In this document: piece by piece, positions 8,359-17,396 of the stretch | Layout of the letters: the number at the start of each line of letters is the position of its first letter | Numbering within the stretch: the stretch's first letter is position 1 | DNA from: Candidatus Sericytochromatia bacterium | GTDB lineage: Bacteria > Cyanobacteriota > Sericytochromatia > S15B-MN24 > JAQBPE01 | Assembly: GCA_035285125.1 (NCBI GenBank) | Contig: JAYKHR010000066.1 | Span: 1-64,000, forward strand | Direction of reading: 5' to 3' | DNA length: 64,000 nt | Translations under genes and position numbers: made by a program | The notes under the pieces: generated by a model | Seen by the model: the letters and a program-made list of their open reading frames with translations, nothing else | The model's database searches: none | Told to the model about the DNA's origin: nothing

Positions 8359-10464
8359 ATGCCCGATGCCAACGCCTCCCCCACCCCCTACGTGCCCGCC
8401 TCCTCGGCCCCAGCCGAGTTCACGCTGCGGGCGGTGACGCTCGGGGCGGTGCTGGGGATCATTTTCGCGGCTTCTTCCGTCTACCTCGCCCTCAAGGTCG
8501 GCATGACCGTGAGCGCCAGCATCCCCATCGCCGTTCTGGCCATCACCGTGTTCCGGGCCCTCGGGCGGGCCACCATCCTCGAGAACAACATCGTGCAGAC
8601 CACGGGCTCGGCGGGCGAGTCCCTCGCGGCCGGGGTGGCCTTCACCCTGCCGGCCTTGTTGCTGATGGGACAGGACCTCGAACTCGTGCGGGTGCTGATG
8701 GTCGCCTTGCTGGGTGGCCTGCTCGGGGTGTTGATGATGGTCCCGCTGCGCAAGGGCCTGATCGTGCAGGAGCACGGCAAGCTGACCTACCCGGAGGGGA
8801 CGGCCTGTGCGGACGTGCTGATCGTCGGAGAGCGCGGCGGGGTTGAAGCCCGGACGGTGTTCACCGGATTTTTTCTGGGCGCCCTGTACAAGGTCTTGAA
8901 TGCGGGAACCCACCTCTGGAAAGAGGTGCCCGAGCGCGTGCTCGGCTTTTATAAGGGCGGCTCGGTGGGCGCCGAGGTCTCGCCGGAGCTGCTGGGCGTG
9001 GGCTACATCATCGGCCTGAGAACGGCAGCGACGATGATGGCAGGGGGGGTGCTGTCCTTCCTGGTGCTGATCCCGGCCATCACGATCTTCGGCGAAGGCC
9101 TCCCGGCGCCGATGTTCCCGGCGACAAAGCTCATCAAGGACATGGCCCCGGCCGAGATCCGCAACGCCTACATCCTTTACATCGGGGCGGGGGCCGTGGC
9201 GACGGGGGGCATCATCAGCCTGCTGCGCTCGCTGCCGACCATCGGGCGGGCGCTCTGGGAGGGGCTCGGGCGCCTGGCTGTGAGCCGGGACGCCGCGACG
9301 GTGCGCCCTCTTGAAGAGCCACGCACCGAGCAAGACCTGCCGCTCGGCGTCGTGCTGGTGGGGGTCCTCGCCTTGCTGCTGGCCGTCTGGCTGGCGCCTG
9401 CGCTGCAGATGACGGCCCTCTCGGCGGTGCTGATCGTCCTGTTTGGCTTCTTCTTCACCACGGTGTCCAGCCGCATCACGGGCGAGCTGGGGTCCTCGTC
9501 GAACCCCATCTCCGGCATGACCGTCGCGACGCTCCTGCTCACGTGCTTGCTGTTCCTGGCCATCGGCTGGACGGGCGTGTCTTACCAGGCCCTCGCGCTG
9601 ACCACGGCAGCCATCGTGTGCGTGGCCGCGAGTAACGGCGGGACCACCAGCCAGGACCTCAAGACGGGCTACCTGGTCGGCGGCACGCCGCGCTTGCAGC
9701 AGCTGGCGATCAGCATCGGCGTCGTCACCAGCGCCCTGTTCATCGGCTGGACCATGCTGTTCCTCAACGAGGCCTACACCACCATCGTCCCGCGCCAGCA
9801 CCCCGGGTATGTCGCCAGTCTCGCGACCGATGCGCGGGCCCAGCAGGGGCCCGACGGTCGCACCTATCGGGTGCACTTCGTCCGGGAGGCTGTCGCCGGC
9901 GTGCCCGTCGGGCGCTACCTGGTGGATGAGGCAGGCCGGATCGCGTACCTCGTCGATCCGGGCATCGGGGGGGTGGTGACGGAGGTCGACGGCCAGCGCG
10001 TCACCAAGCTGGATGCCCCGAAGGCGCGGCTGTTCAGCATGATCATCGATGGCATCCTCTCCCAGCGGCTGCCCTGGGGCCTCGTGCTGATCGGCGTCTG
10101 CCTCGCGCTGATGATGGAGCTGGTGGGGGTGTCGGCCCTGCCCTTCGCTGTCGGGGCCTACCTGCCGCTGGCAACCTCCGTGCCCGTCTTCGTCGGGGGC
10201 CTCGTCCGGCACCTCGTGCAGCGCGGGCGGCGGGCGCCGGCCTCGGAGGCCGAGGCGGAGTCGTCACCGGGCATCCTGCTCGCCTCCGGCCTCATCGCGG
10301 GAGGTGCGATCGCCGGGATCGGGGTCGCGGCGCTTGCCAGCGCGGGCTGGGACCGGGCGGTCGACTTGTCGGGCTCGCTCGGAGGGTTGGCCGGCAGCGA
10401 CGCCTTCGCCCTTCTGCCGTTCCTGGCCCTCGCGGGCCTCCTCTGGCGCGCCGAGCGACGCTAG
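8359..10464 (+). CDS. OPT-family oligopeptide transporter
   Basis: YLALKVGMTVSASIP, ENNIVQTTGSAGES, YPEGTAC, SNPISG and QDLKTGYLVG. Confidence 0.95.
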   Translation: MPDANASPTPYVPASSAPAEFTLRAVTLGAVLGIIFAASSVYLALKVGMTVSASIPIAVLAITVFRALGRATILENNIVQTTGSAGESLAAGVAFTLPALLLMGQDLELVRVLMVALLGGLLGVLMMVPLRKGLIVQEHGKLTYPEGTACADVLIVGERGGVEARTVFTGFFLGALYKVLNAGTHLWKEVPERVLGFYKGGSVGAEVSPELLGVGYIIGLRTAATMMAGGVLSFLVLIPAITIFGEGLPAPMFPATKLIKDMAPAEIRNAYILYIGAGAVATGGIISLLRSLPTIGRALWEGLGRLAVSRDAATVRPLEEPRTEQDLPLGVVLVGVLALLLAVWLAPALQMTALSAVLIVLFGFFFTTVSSRITGELGSSSNPISGMTVATLLLTCLLFLAIGWTGVSYQALALTTAAIVCVAASNGGTTSQDLKTGYLVGGTPRLQQLAISIGVVTSALFIGWTMLFLNEAYTTIVPRQHPGYVASLATDARAQQGPDGRTYRVHFVREAVAGVPVGRYLVDEAGRIAYLVDPGIGGVVTEVDGQRVTKLDAPKARLFSMIIDGILSQRLPWGLVLIGVCLALMMELVGVSALPFAVGAYLPLATSVPVFVGGLVRHLVQRGRRAPASEAEAESSPGILLASGLIAGGAIAGIGVAALASAGWDRAVDLSGSLGGLAGSDAFALLPFLALAGLLWRAERR

Positions 10465-10467
10465 GCG

Positions 10468-11613
10468 TCAGGGCGCCCCGGTGCCACTCGCCGCCGGCGT
10501 CGCCTCGGCCCCTGCCGTGGGGGCCGGGCCTCCGGGCAGCGGCGCGACGGATGCGCTCGCCGGCACCGTCGGCGTGGGGGCCGGGCCTCCAGGCAGCGGC
10601 GTGACGGATGCACTCGCCGAGGCCGTCGGCGCGGGGGCCTCGGGCAAGAGGCCGTCGGTGCTCCAGACGCGCACCGTGCCGTCGAGGCCGCCAGTGGCAA
10701 GCCGCAGCCCCGTGGGGTTGAACGCCACGGCCGTCACGGCGCCTGCGTGCCCCCGCAGGGTCCCGAGGTGGGCAACGGGGGTGCGGCTCCACAGCTGAAC
10801 CACGCCATCCTCGCCCGCGGTGGCGACCATCCGGCAGTCCGGGCTCACCGCGAGGTCCCGCACGCCGCCGCGGTGGGTGAAGGAATGCCGGGGCTCCCCC
10901 GTGCGGCCATCCCACTCGCGGGCCGTGCCGTCCACCCCACCCGTCAGAAGGGCCTCGCCGTCGGCCGTGAAGGTCACGCGGTGGACGACGCCCACATGGC
11001 CGGCCAGCGCGAGCGAGGCATCCGCCTCGAGTTCCCAGAGCGTGATGGGGCCCAGGCGCCCGGCCGAGGCGAGCCGCCGGCCATCCGGCGCGAAGGCCAC
11101 GGACATGGTCGGGGCCTCGTCGGCATCCCGGACCTGCAGGAGGTCTCCCCGGTCGAGGTCGTGGATGCGGATGCGGCCGTCCTCGGCGCCCGTGGCGACG
11201 CGGCGGCCCTCCCGGTCGAGGGCCAGACAGCGGAACGGGGCCACGTCGGGCATGTGGCCGAGGCAACGGGGAACGGCCGGGTCCCAGGCCCACAGGTGGC
11301 TGTCCCGACTCAGGGTGACGAGCCTGCCATCGGGGTGAAAGGCGATGGCAGGCACCCCGGCGGGGTGGCGCAGCTCCCGCGCGGGCGTGTCCGGCTCGGG
11401 GCGCCACAGGCGGACCAGCTCGTCCTGGCCGGCGCTCGCCACCAGGTTGCCGTCGGGGCCGAAGGCCAGGGCTGTCACGGCGCCGTTGTGGCCGGGCAGC
11501 ACCCGCAGCAGGCGCACGTCCTGAAGGTCGGCGTGCGAAGGGGCCGGGGCCGCGGGCAGGAGCAGTCCCGTCACGGCCAGGGGCGTCAGCAGCTTGTGGA
11601 TGGGCTTGATCAC
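10468..11613 (-). CDS. Secreted WD40-repeat protein with Pro/Ala-rich tail
   Basis: Signal peptide and about seven WD40 repeats (e.g. GHAGAVTAVAF...TGGLDGTVRVW). Confidence 0.9.
   Translation of the reverse strand: MIKPIHKLLTPLAVTGLLLPAAPAPSHADLQDVRLLRVLPGHNGAVTALAFGPDGNLVASAGQDELVRLWRPEPDTPARELRHPAGVPAIAFHPDGRLVTLSRDSHLWAWDPAVPRCLGHMPDVAPFRCLALDREGRRVATGAEDGRIRIHDLDRGDLLQVRDADEAPTMSVAFAPDGRRLASAGRLGPITLWELEADASLALAGHVGVVHRVTFTADGEALLTGGVDGTAREWDGRTGEPRHSFTHRGGVRDLAVSPDCRMVATAGEDGVVQLWSRTPVAHLGTLRGHAGAVTAVAFNPTGLRLATGGLDGTVRVWSTDGLLPEAPAPTASASASVTPLPGGPAPTPTVPASASVAPLPGGPAPTAGAEATPAASGTGAP
10516..10639. repeat. 57-bp in-frame tandem duplication (two copies plus a partial third)
   Basis: Units start at 10516 and 10573 (CGTGGGGGCCGGGCCTCC...) and encode SASV.PLPGGPAPT twice. 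Confidence 0.85.
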
Positions 11614-11734
11614 GGCGCTAGGGGCCCCGTGCCTCCGGGCGTCGACGGTGCGCCTTCACGATAGCACGCCCGCGGGGTGCCAGCAGCCACCCCAGGTTGC
11701 CTCCCCCTTTCGTCGCGCGGTACAAGGATGGCGT

Positions 11735-12640
11735 ATGGAACTGTTGAGCCTCGATGCCTGGCGGGCGCTCTTCGCCGCCCCGTTGACGCCCGCTGGCCCT
11801 GCCGTGCGGGTGACCGTGCTCCAGGTGCTCGCCACCGGGGGCCTGCTCTGGCTTGCCCTGTGGCTCTCGCATGAGTTCGAACGGATCGTGGCCGCCCCCG
11901 CGTTGCGGCGGCTGCGGGTGGAGCAGGCCCGCGGCTTCACCGTGGCGCGGATGGCCCACTACCTGCTGGCCGTGGTGGTGTTCCTGCTCGGCGCGCAGCT
12001 GGTGCACCTGGACCTCGGCGCGATAGGCTGGCTCGTCGGGTTGCTGTCGATCGGGATCGGCTTCGGGCTCCAGAACGTCACGAGCAACTTCGTCTCGGGC
12101 CTCATTGTCGTGCTGGAACGCCCGATCAAGCCGGGCGATTTCGTCACGGTGGGGGAGTTCGCGGGCGTGGTGCGCGAGATCCGGCTGCGGTCCACCACCA
12201 TCGTGACGATGGACAACGTGAAGATCATCGTCCCGAACAGCGAGTTCATCTCCAAGCACGTCATCAACCGATCCTTTCGAGACGAGCGCGTGCGCCTTCA
12301 CGTGCCGGTTCGCCTGACGCACGGCTCAGATCCCGACGTCGTGCGGGAGGCCCTGCTCGAGGCGGCCGTGGCCCACCCCAGGATCCTCAAGGCCCCGGAG
12401 CCCACGGTGTGGCTGGTGGAGTTCGGCGCGGACGCGCTGCACTTCGAGCTGCTGGCCTGGATCGACGAGCCCGAGGACGGCCCTCCGATTCGCAGCGAGC
12501 TGAACTACGCCATCTACCGGGCCTGCACGGCGCGCGGGCTCACGATGCCACACGCCCAGCACGACCTCCACGTGAAGGGCCCCGTCGCCGTGCGACTCGA
12601 GCCTCTCCCCGCCAAGGAACGCCTGCCCGGCGTCAGCTGA
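11735..12640 (+). CDS. Small-conductance mechanosensitive channel (MscS family)
   Basis: GIGFGLQNVTSNFVSG, PIKPGDFV, IRLRST and IVPNSEF. Confidence 0.93.
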   Translation: MELLSLDAWRALFAAPLTPAGPAVRVTVLQVLATGGLLWLALWLSHEFERIVAAPALRRLRVEQARGFTVARMAHYLLAVVVFLLGAQLVHLDLGAIGWLVGLLSIGIGFGLQNVTSNFVSGLIVVLERPIKPGDFVTVGEFAGVVREIRLRSTTIVTMDNVKIIVPNSEFISKHVINRSFRDERVRLHVPVRLTHGSDPDVVREALLEAAVAHPRILKAPEPTVWLVEFGADALHFELLAWIDEPEDGPPIRSELNYAIYRACTARGLTMPHAQHDLHVKGPVAVRLEPLPAKERLPGVS

Positions 12641-12647
12641 GGCCGCT

Positions 12648-13277
12648 TCACCGCTCGCGGTGAAACAGGTGCCACGGGTCCATCCTGTCGAGCAGGGGGT
12701 GGGCCTTCCCGACGCTGTGCCGCGCGACGTGGGAGACGTGGGAAGCCACCAGCGCCACCGTCAGGAAGGTGCCGGCGACGTGCAGCGCCACCATGGCGTC
12801 TCGCAGCCAGGGCACGGTCGTCGCCTTGCGGGCGGCGTCGGCCGCTGCGCCGTGAACCACGGGGCCCGCGTGGAGCCAGGGCGCCACGGCATCGAGGTGG
12901 AACAGGCTGAGGAAGGGCACGGTGTAGCCCCCCGTCAGCTCGATCGTCAGCCCGCTCAGGGCCATCACGAAGAGCAGCGCGTAGAGGCCACGCTCGAGCC
13001 ACAGGCTGGAGAGCCGGTCCCATGCGTCCAGCTGATCGGGCGGCGGCGGCGGCGGGCACCACAGGCGCCACCCGACGCGAACCGTGACCACCAACAGCAG
13101 CAGCAGGCCCGCCGTTTTGTGGGCGTCGAGGACCGTCCAGGCCATCTGCTGGGGGGCCTCCTCCAGGTAGCGGAAGGCCGTGATGCTCAGGAACTGGAAG
13201 GTCACCAGCAGGACCACGGAGGCGTGCAGCACGCGGGCCACCGCGCCGTACCTGGTGCCGTCGTTCGTCAGCCGCAT
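12648..13277 (-). CDS. Cytochrome b561 (CybB/YceJ-like)
   Basis: RYGAVARVLH, HKTAGLLL, MALSG and LH...H heme-ligand pattern with four TM segments. Confidence 0.85.
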   Translation of the reverse strand: MRLTNDGTRYGAVARVLHASVVLLVTFQFLSITAFRYLEEAPQQMAWTVLDAHKTAGLLLLLVVTVRVGWRLWCPPPPPPDQLDAWDRLSSLWLERGLYALLFVMALSGLTIELTGGYTVPFLSLFHLDAVAPWLHAGPVVHGAAADAARKATTVPWLRDAMVALHVAGTFLTVALVASHVSHVARHSVGKAHPLLDRMDPWHLFHRER

Positions 13278-14098
13278 GGGGTGGAGTCTCCTGCCCGGGG
13301 GGCGGTCTCGCGCGACGTTGCCCAGCCCTGGAGGCAGGCCTCGATGGCCGCGAGGCCCTCCGTGAGGGCCGCTGGGCCGGGTTGAAGGATGATCTCTGCC
13401 GCGATCTCGTACACGTGGCCGGTGCGCACGGCGGGCAGCGTGGCGAACCCGGGGCGCCCGGTGAACTGCTCCCGCTTGAAGGGCTTGCCACACCACGAGG
13501 CCAGGACGACGTCCGGCTGGGTGGCGATCACCTCTTCGGGCGTTGCGAAGCGTTCCTTTGCCAGCCTGCCGTGAGCCCTGTCCGCAAAGACGTGGTCGCC
13601 TCCGGCAATCTCGATAAGCTCGGAGACCCACGCGATGGAGGTGATGATGGGATCGTCCCACTCCTCGAAGTAGACGCGCGGCCGGACGGGGAGGCCCGCG
13701 GCCCGGCTCCGCGTCGCGGCCACGCCCTCGGCGAGCTCTGCGGCAAGCTGGTCCGCGCGGTCCGCTGCCCCCACCATGGCCCCTAGCAGCCGGATGCTGT
13801 CGAGGATCTCCGCGACCGTGCGCTGGTTGAAGCAGTGGACGTTGAGGCCGCGCTTCACGAGCGCGGCGCAGATGTCAGCTTGGATGTCCGAGAAGGCCAG
13901 CACGAGGTCAGGCGACAGCGCCTCGATCTTGTCCAGCTGGGCCGCGATGAACGAGGAGACGCGGGGCTTCTCCTTCGCCGCCCGGGCCGGCCGCACCGCG
14001 TAGTGGGAGATCCCCACGATGCGGTCCTGCTCGCCGAGCAGGTAGAGGGTCTCCACGGTCTCTTCCGTGAGACAGACGATGCGCTCAGGCGGGAACAT
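13268..14098 (-). CDS. Cobalamin/Fe-siderophore substrate-binding protein (BtuF-like, no signal peptide)
   Basis: RIVCLTEETVETLYLLG, PDLVLAFSDIQ, VYFEEWDDP and ILQPGPA. Confidence 0.88.
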   Translation of the reverse strand: MFPPERIVCLTEETVETLYLLGEQDRIVGISHYAVRPARAAKEKPRVSSFIAAQLDKIEALSPDLVLAFSDIQADICAALVKRGLNVHCFNQRTVAEILDSIRLLGAMVGAADRADQLAAELAEGVAATRSRAAGLPVRPRVYFEEWDDPIITSIAWVSELIEIAGGDHVFADRAHGRLAKERFATPEEVIATQPDVVLASWCGKPFKREQFTGRPGFATLPAVRTGHVYEIAAEIILQPGPAALTEGLAAIEACLQGWATSRETAPRAGDSTPCG

Positions 14099-14445
14099 GG
14101 GCTGCCACCGCTGCTCGGTTCGCGCGGGTCTCCCGGCTGCCGTCAATTGAATGCGCGATGCAGCTGGGAAGGGCCATCGCGGGCCTGGGGAAGGGGGCGT
14201 CCATCTTGGAGGGCCAGAACCTTTCGTGAGCGCCCGGGCTGCCGGCGCCTGTCGTGGAGTCTCAGGTTGCCAGCGTCTGCCGCCGGAATTCGGGCGGAAC
14301 CGCCGGCAGCGTACCCCGCCTGCTCGCTGGCCTAACTGCGCCAGCTGCCTCTGCCACTCCCGCTCGGGCGCGGCTCGTCGGCATCGAGGTTAGGGGGCCG
14401 ACGGTGCCCCCACCCGAGGCCCCTGAGGGCCCGACGGGCAGGCCC

Positions 14446-14486
14446 AAAAACAAGAAGCCCAGCCTCAGGTCAGCCTGAGGCCGGGC
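14446..14486 (-). terminator. Intrinsic terminator downstream of tRNA-Ser
   Basis: GCCTCAGG-TCAG-CCTGAGGC hairpin, followed on the minus strand by TTCTTGTTTTT. Confidence 0.8.
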
Positions 14487-14515
14487 GGGGCACGGTCACC
14501 ATCCCGTGCGGGGAG

Positions 14516-14597
14516 CGGAGGGCATGAGATTCGAACTCACAACCCCTTGCGGGGCGACGCATTTCGAGTGCGCTTCCTAACCACCCGGACACCCTCC
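14516..14597 (-). tRNA. tRNA-Ser(CGA), CCA not encoded
   Basis: Acceptor GGAGGGT/GCCCTCC, anticodon arm GCGCA-CTCGAAA-TGCGT, long variable arm CCCC-GCAA-GGGG, T arm GTGAG-TTCGAAT-CTCAT, discriminator G. Confidence 0.93.
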
Positions 14598-14629
14598 AGG
14601 GGAGCCCTGTAACCAAGGCTTCGAGCGGC

Positions 14630-14671
14630 ATCATACCAAAGGCCACCAAGCCTCGCAAGGGGCGGTATAAT
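14630..14671. promoter_or_regulatory. Back-to-back sigma70 promoters (tRNA on minus, ECF fusion on plus)
   Basis: Minus strand TTGCGA-N17-TATGAT (14658-14630); plus strand TATAAT at 14666-14671. Confidence 0.6.
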
Positions 14672-14698
14672 CTCCAGGTCTGCACCCCGACCCGCCCG

Positions 14699-15970
14699 AT
14701 GAGCGCTCCTGTCCGTCCCTTGTCGCCCTCTTCGCCCCCGGCGGTCCCGCCGGCCATCTGGAACGCCTTTCTCCAGCAGCACGCCCCGGTGATCCTGGCT
14801 GCGGTGCTGGGGTGGTGCCAGGACGGCTGTCGGGTGTCTCGCACGGGCTATGCCTGCGTGCTGCGCGTGGTGGCTTCGGCAGCTCCCGAGCGGGCGGAGG
14901 CGCCCGACCACTGTGACGAGGGGCTGGCGCTCTTCACCTGGGTCAGCCGCCGGCTGCGGGAGCGCCTCCCGCAGCGCCTCGGGCTGGCCTCGGAGGTAGG
15001 CTGGCTGCGGGCTCAGTTGCTCGACCTGCGCCTCGTGTATCTCGGCCTAGAACGAGGCCGGCTGATCCTTCCCGCGGCGCTCGCGGAGGCCTCGCCGGAC
15101 GCGCAGGCCGTGTTCAGGCTTTCTTGTCGGCACGGCGATCGCGCCCACGTGGGACGCGTGCTCGGGCTGGGCGCCGCTGCGATCGACGCGGCCGAGCACG
15201 AGGTGCGTGCTCGCCTGGCACTTGCCGGGCTCGCCTGGTGGCCGTGGGGCGCGGCCACCGCGACCGAGACCTGGCTGCCCCTGGAGCCTCTGTGTGACCG
15301 GGGAGAGGAAGTGGCCGCGTGGCTGGAGGGGGCGCTGAGCCCTGAGGCCCAGGTGGCCCTGGCCCGGCACGTCGACGCCTGCGCCGCCTGCCGGAGCCGC
15401 CAGGCGGCCCTGGAGGTCCCGACGGACCCGGCGGCCGAGGTGGCCGTGCCGGCCTGGGTGCTGCGCTCTGCCCTGGACCGCTCAGAGTCCGACGCGCCAG
15501 AGCCGGAGAGTGCCCTGAAGGGTTGGCGGTCTCGCCTGATGACGCAGCCAGACTGGCTGGCCGGCCTGGTGGTCGGGGGCGTGGGCTGCGTGTTTCTGCT
15601 GCTGGTCGTGCTCCCCAGGCAGGAGTACGCCAAGCCCGTGACCGCGCCTGACGACGAGGTGCTGGCCGTCGCTGCCACCCCGCTGTCCGAGCCTCTTGCC
15701 CGCCAGCTGGCCGATGCCCGGCGCCAGTTGCGCCGCGGCCAGGTGGACGCAGCGCTGCAGAACCTGAACGGCGTCCTGGCCCGTCGGCCCGACGAGCAAG
15801 AGGCCCGCTGGCTGCTGGCCAGCACGTACGATCGACTCGGCGATGCCGCTCGGGCCGCGAAGCACTACCGCGTCTACCTGCACGTCCACGACCGGCGGGA
15901 AGCCATCGAGGACTCCCGGGCCAAGCGCATCCGCAAGCGCCTCGGGCAGTGGCAGGACGACGCCCCCTGA
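14699..15970 (+). CDS. ECF-sigma-like domain fused to zf-HC2 (ZAS) anti-sigma motif, TM helix and TPR domain
   Basis: AIWNAFLQQHAPVI and GWLRA..DL (region 2-like), SPDAQAVFRL...VGRVLGL (region 4-like), HVDACAAC (Hx3Cx2C), a TM helix, then TPR EARWLLASTYDRLGDAARAAKHYRVYL. Confidence 0.7.
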   Translation: MSAPVRPLSPSSPPAVPPAIWNAFLQQHAPVILAAVLGWCQDGCRVSRTGYACVLRVVASAAPERAEAPDHCDEGLALFTWVSRRLRERLPQRLGLASEVGWLRAQLLDLRLVYLGLERGRLILPAALAEASPDAQAVFRLSCRHGDRAHVGRVLGLGAAAIDAAEHEVRARLALAGLAWWPWGAATATETWLPLEPLCDRGEEVAAWLEGALSPEAQVALARHVDACAACRSRQAALEVPTDPAAEVAVPAWVLRSALDRSESDAPEPESALKGWRSRLMTQPDWLAGLVVGGVGCVFLLLVVLPRQEYAKPVTAPDDEVLAVAATPLSEPLARQLADARRQLRRGQVDAALQNLNGVLARRPDEQEARWLLASTYDRLGDAARAAKHYRVYLHVHDRREAIEDSRAKRIRKRLGQWQDDAP

Positions 15971-16023
15971 CCAGCCCACCAGGCTGCACGGTGAACGCCC
16001 CGGGGTATATCATGCTGGCCGCC

Positions 16024-16641
16024 ATGACCACACCGGACGACGACCTCTCTCCAGACGCAGAACCTGCCGCTGACGCCTCCCTGATCGGGTCCGTCGAGGA
16101 AGAGGGCTTCGCTTCGCCTGCGCTCCACGCGATGCGCGTGGCCATGCAAGCCGCGGCCGAAGCCGCCGAGGCCCGGGCCCAGGCCAAGGCGGCCAGGCGC
16201 GCCCGGGAACGGGCTGCGGGGAACCTCGAACCTGGCGAGGAGGACTACGAGGTGCTGGCGGCCACGGCGCGCGATCCCGAGGCGCTGGAGTTGCCCATCG
16301 TGAGCACCGCTTTCGAGTTGGGCGAGGCCGAGGACGTCGACGCGATCGTCGCCGAGCTCAACCGGTTGGTGCCCGAGCAGCCGACGGACGAGGTCCATGG
16401 AGACCTGGTCATCAAGCGCGGTGAGGAGCAGGTGCAGGCCTGGTACGAGCTGGCTGCCCAGGCCGCGCTGCCGCGCCAGATCCGCGACGTGGCCGGTCCG
16501 GTCGACATCAAGGGACTGCTCACGGCGCTGCTGGTCGAGATCGGCGACGTGAAGCGCACGAACGCGCTTCTGATGGACCAGCTCGCGCGCATCGAGGAAA
16601 AGGTCGACCGCACCAACCGCACCCTCCGGCAGCCTCGCTAG
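16024..16641 (+). CDS. Hypothetical acidic protein with C-terminal coiled coil
   Basis: Coding-like codon bias and a heptad-like C-terminus; the start could be 16012 or 16024. Confidence 0.7.
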   Translation: MTTPDDDLSPDAEPAADASLIGSVEEEGFASPALHAMRVAMQAAAEAAEARAQAKAARRARERAAGNLEPGEEDYEVLAATARDPEALELPIVSTAFELGEAEDVDAIVAELNRLVPEQPTDEVHGDLVIKRGEEQVQAWYELAAQAALPRQIRDVAGPVDIKGLLTALLVEIGDVKRTNALLMDQLARIEEKVDRTNRTLRQPR

Positions 16642-17396
16642 CGACCCGGAGCGGCTCGCATCGCAGTCAGCATCGCGGCGGCCGTCGGCACCGAAGCCAC
16701 TGCCGCAACGGGCCAGCCTGCAGCCTCCACCGCCTCGGCCGTGCGGGCGCCGATCGCCGCGATCCTGGCCGGCAGGAGGGGCTGGCCCGCCGGCCGGGCG
16801 GCCCTCAGGTGGCGACAGGCCGAGCCGCTTGCCAGCACGATCCAATCGGGGGGCGTCTCGACGAGGGCCGCAGCGAGGTGGCGTTCGAGGCCCGGTGGGG
16901 CGACGGTGTCGTAGGCGGCGAACGCGTCGAGCACGGCCCCCGCAGCCCGCAACGTCTCGAGCGGGCCCTCGTCCGCCTGGCTAGACCGCGGCCAGCACAC
17001 CCGGGTGCCAGCGAGGGTGGTCTCAGCCTTCAGCGTCTCCACAAGCCCCGCGGCATCTGGACGTCGCGCCACGAGGTCGACCCGCCACCCGGCGTGGCCG
17101 GCAGCAACCCCGGTGGCCTCACCCACCACCGCGAGGCGAACGCGATCGGGGGGCCTGTCCCCCCCCAGGCCCGCCGCCAGCGCCCTGACGGCCTGGGGGC
17201 TCGTCAGCACCAGCCAGTCAGCGGCGGCCACCCGCTGGAGCAGGCCTTCCACGTGCCGGGCCTCCACGGCGATGCAGGGCAGGGACACCACCTGCGCGCC
17301 CGCGGCCTCGAAGGGGCCGCGCCAAGCCTCGTTGGCCTCCCGGTCCCGCGTGAGCCAGACAACCGCCCCGCAGAGCGCGTCAGGCCCCTTCAGCAC
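16638..17396 (-). CDS. hemD: Uroporphyrinogen-III synthase
   Basis: VWLTR, DWLVLTSPQAV, AVVGEATG and AIGARTA; lies after hemC. Start is approximate. Confidence 0.9.
   Translation of the reverse strand: MLKGPDALCGAVVWLTRDREANEAWRGPFEAAGAQVVSLPCIAVEARHVEGLLQRVAAADWLVLTSPQAVRALAAGLGGDRPPDRVRLAVVGEATGVAAGHAGWRVDLVARRPDAAGLVETLKAETTLAGTRVCWPRSSQADEGPLETLRAAGAVLDAFAAYDTVAPPGLERHLAAALVETPPDWIVLASGSACRHLRAARPAGQPLLPARIAAIGARTAEAVEAAGWPVAAVASVPTAAAMLTAMRAAPGR

Noticed and set aside
14099..14445. Cobalamin riboswitch as a firm feature
   Set aside because: Only a B12-box-like 15-mer is visible. The conserved GGGAA and ACTG core elements were not found on the minus strand.
14446..14700. Integrative element at tRNA-Ser
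   Set aside because: No integrase and no duplicated tRNA 3' end (att site) were seen in the window.
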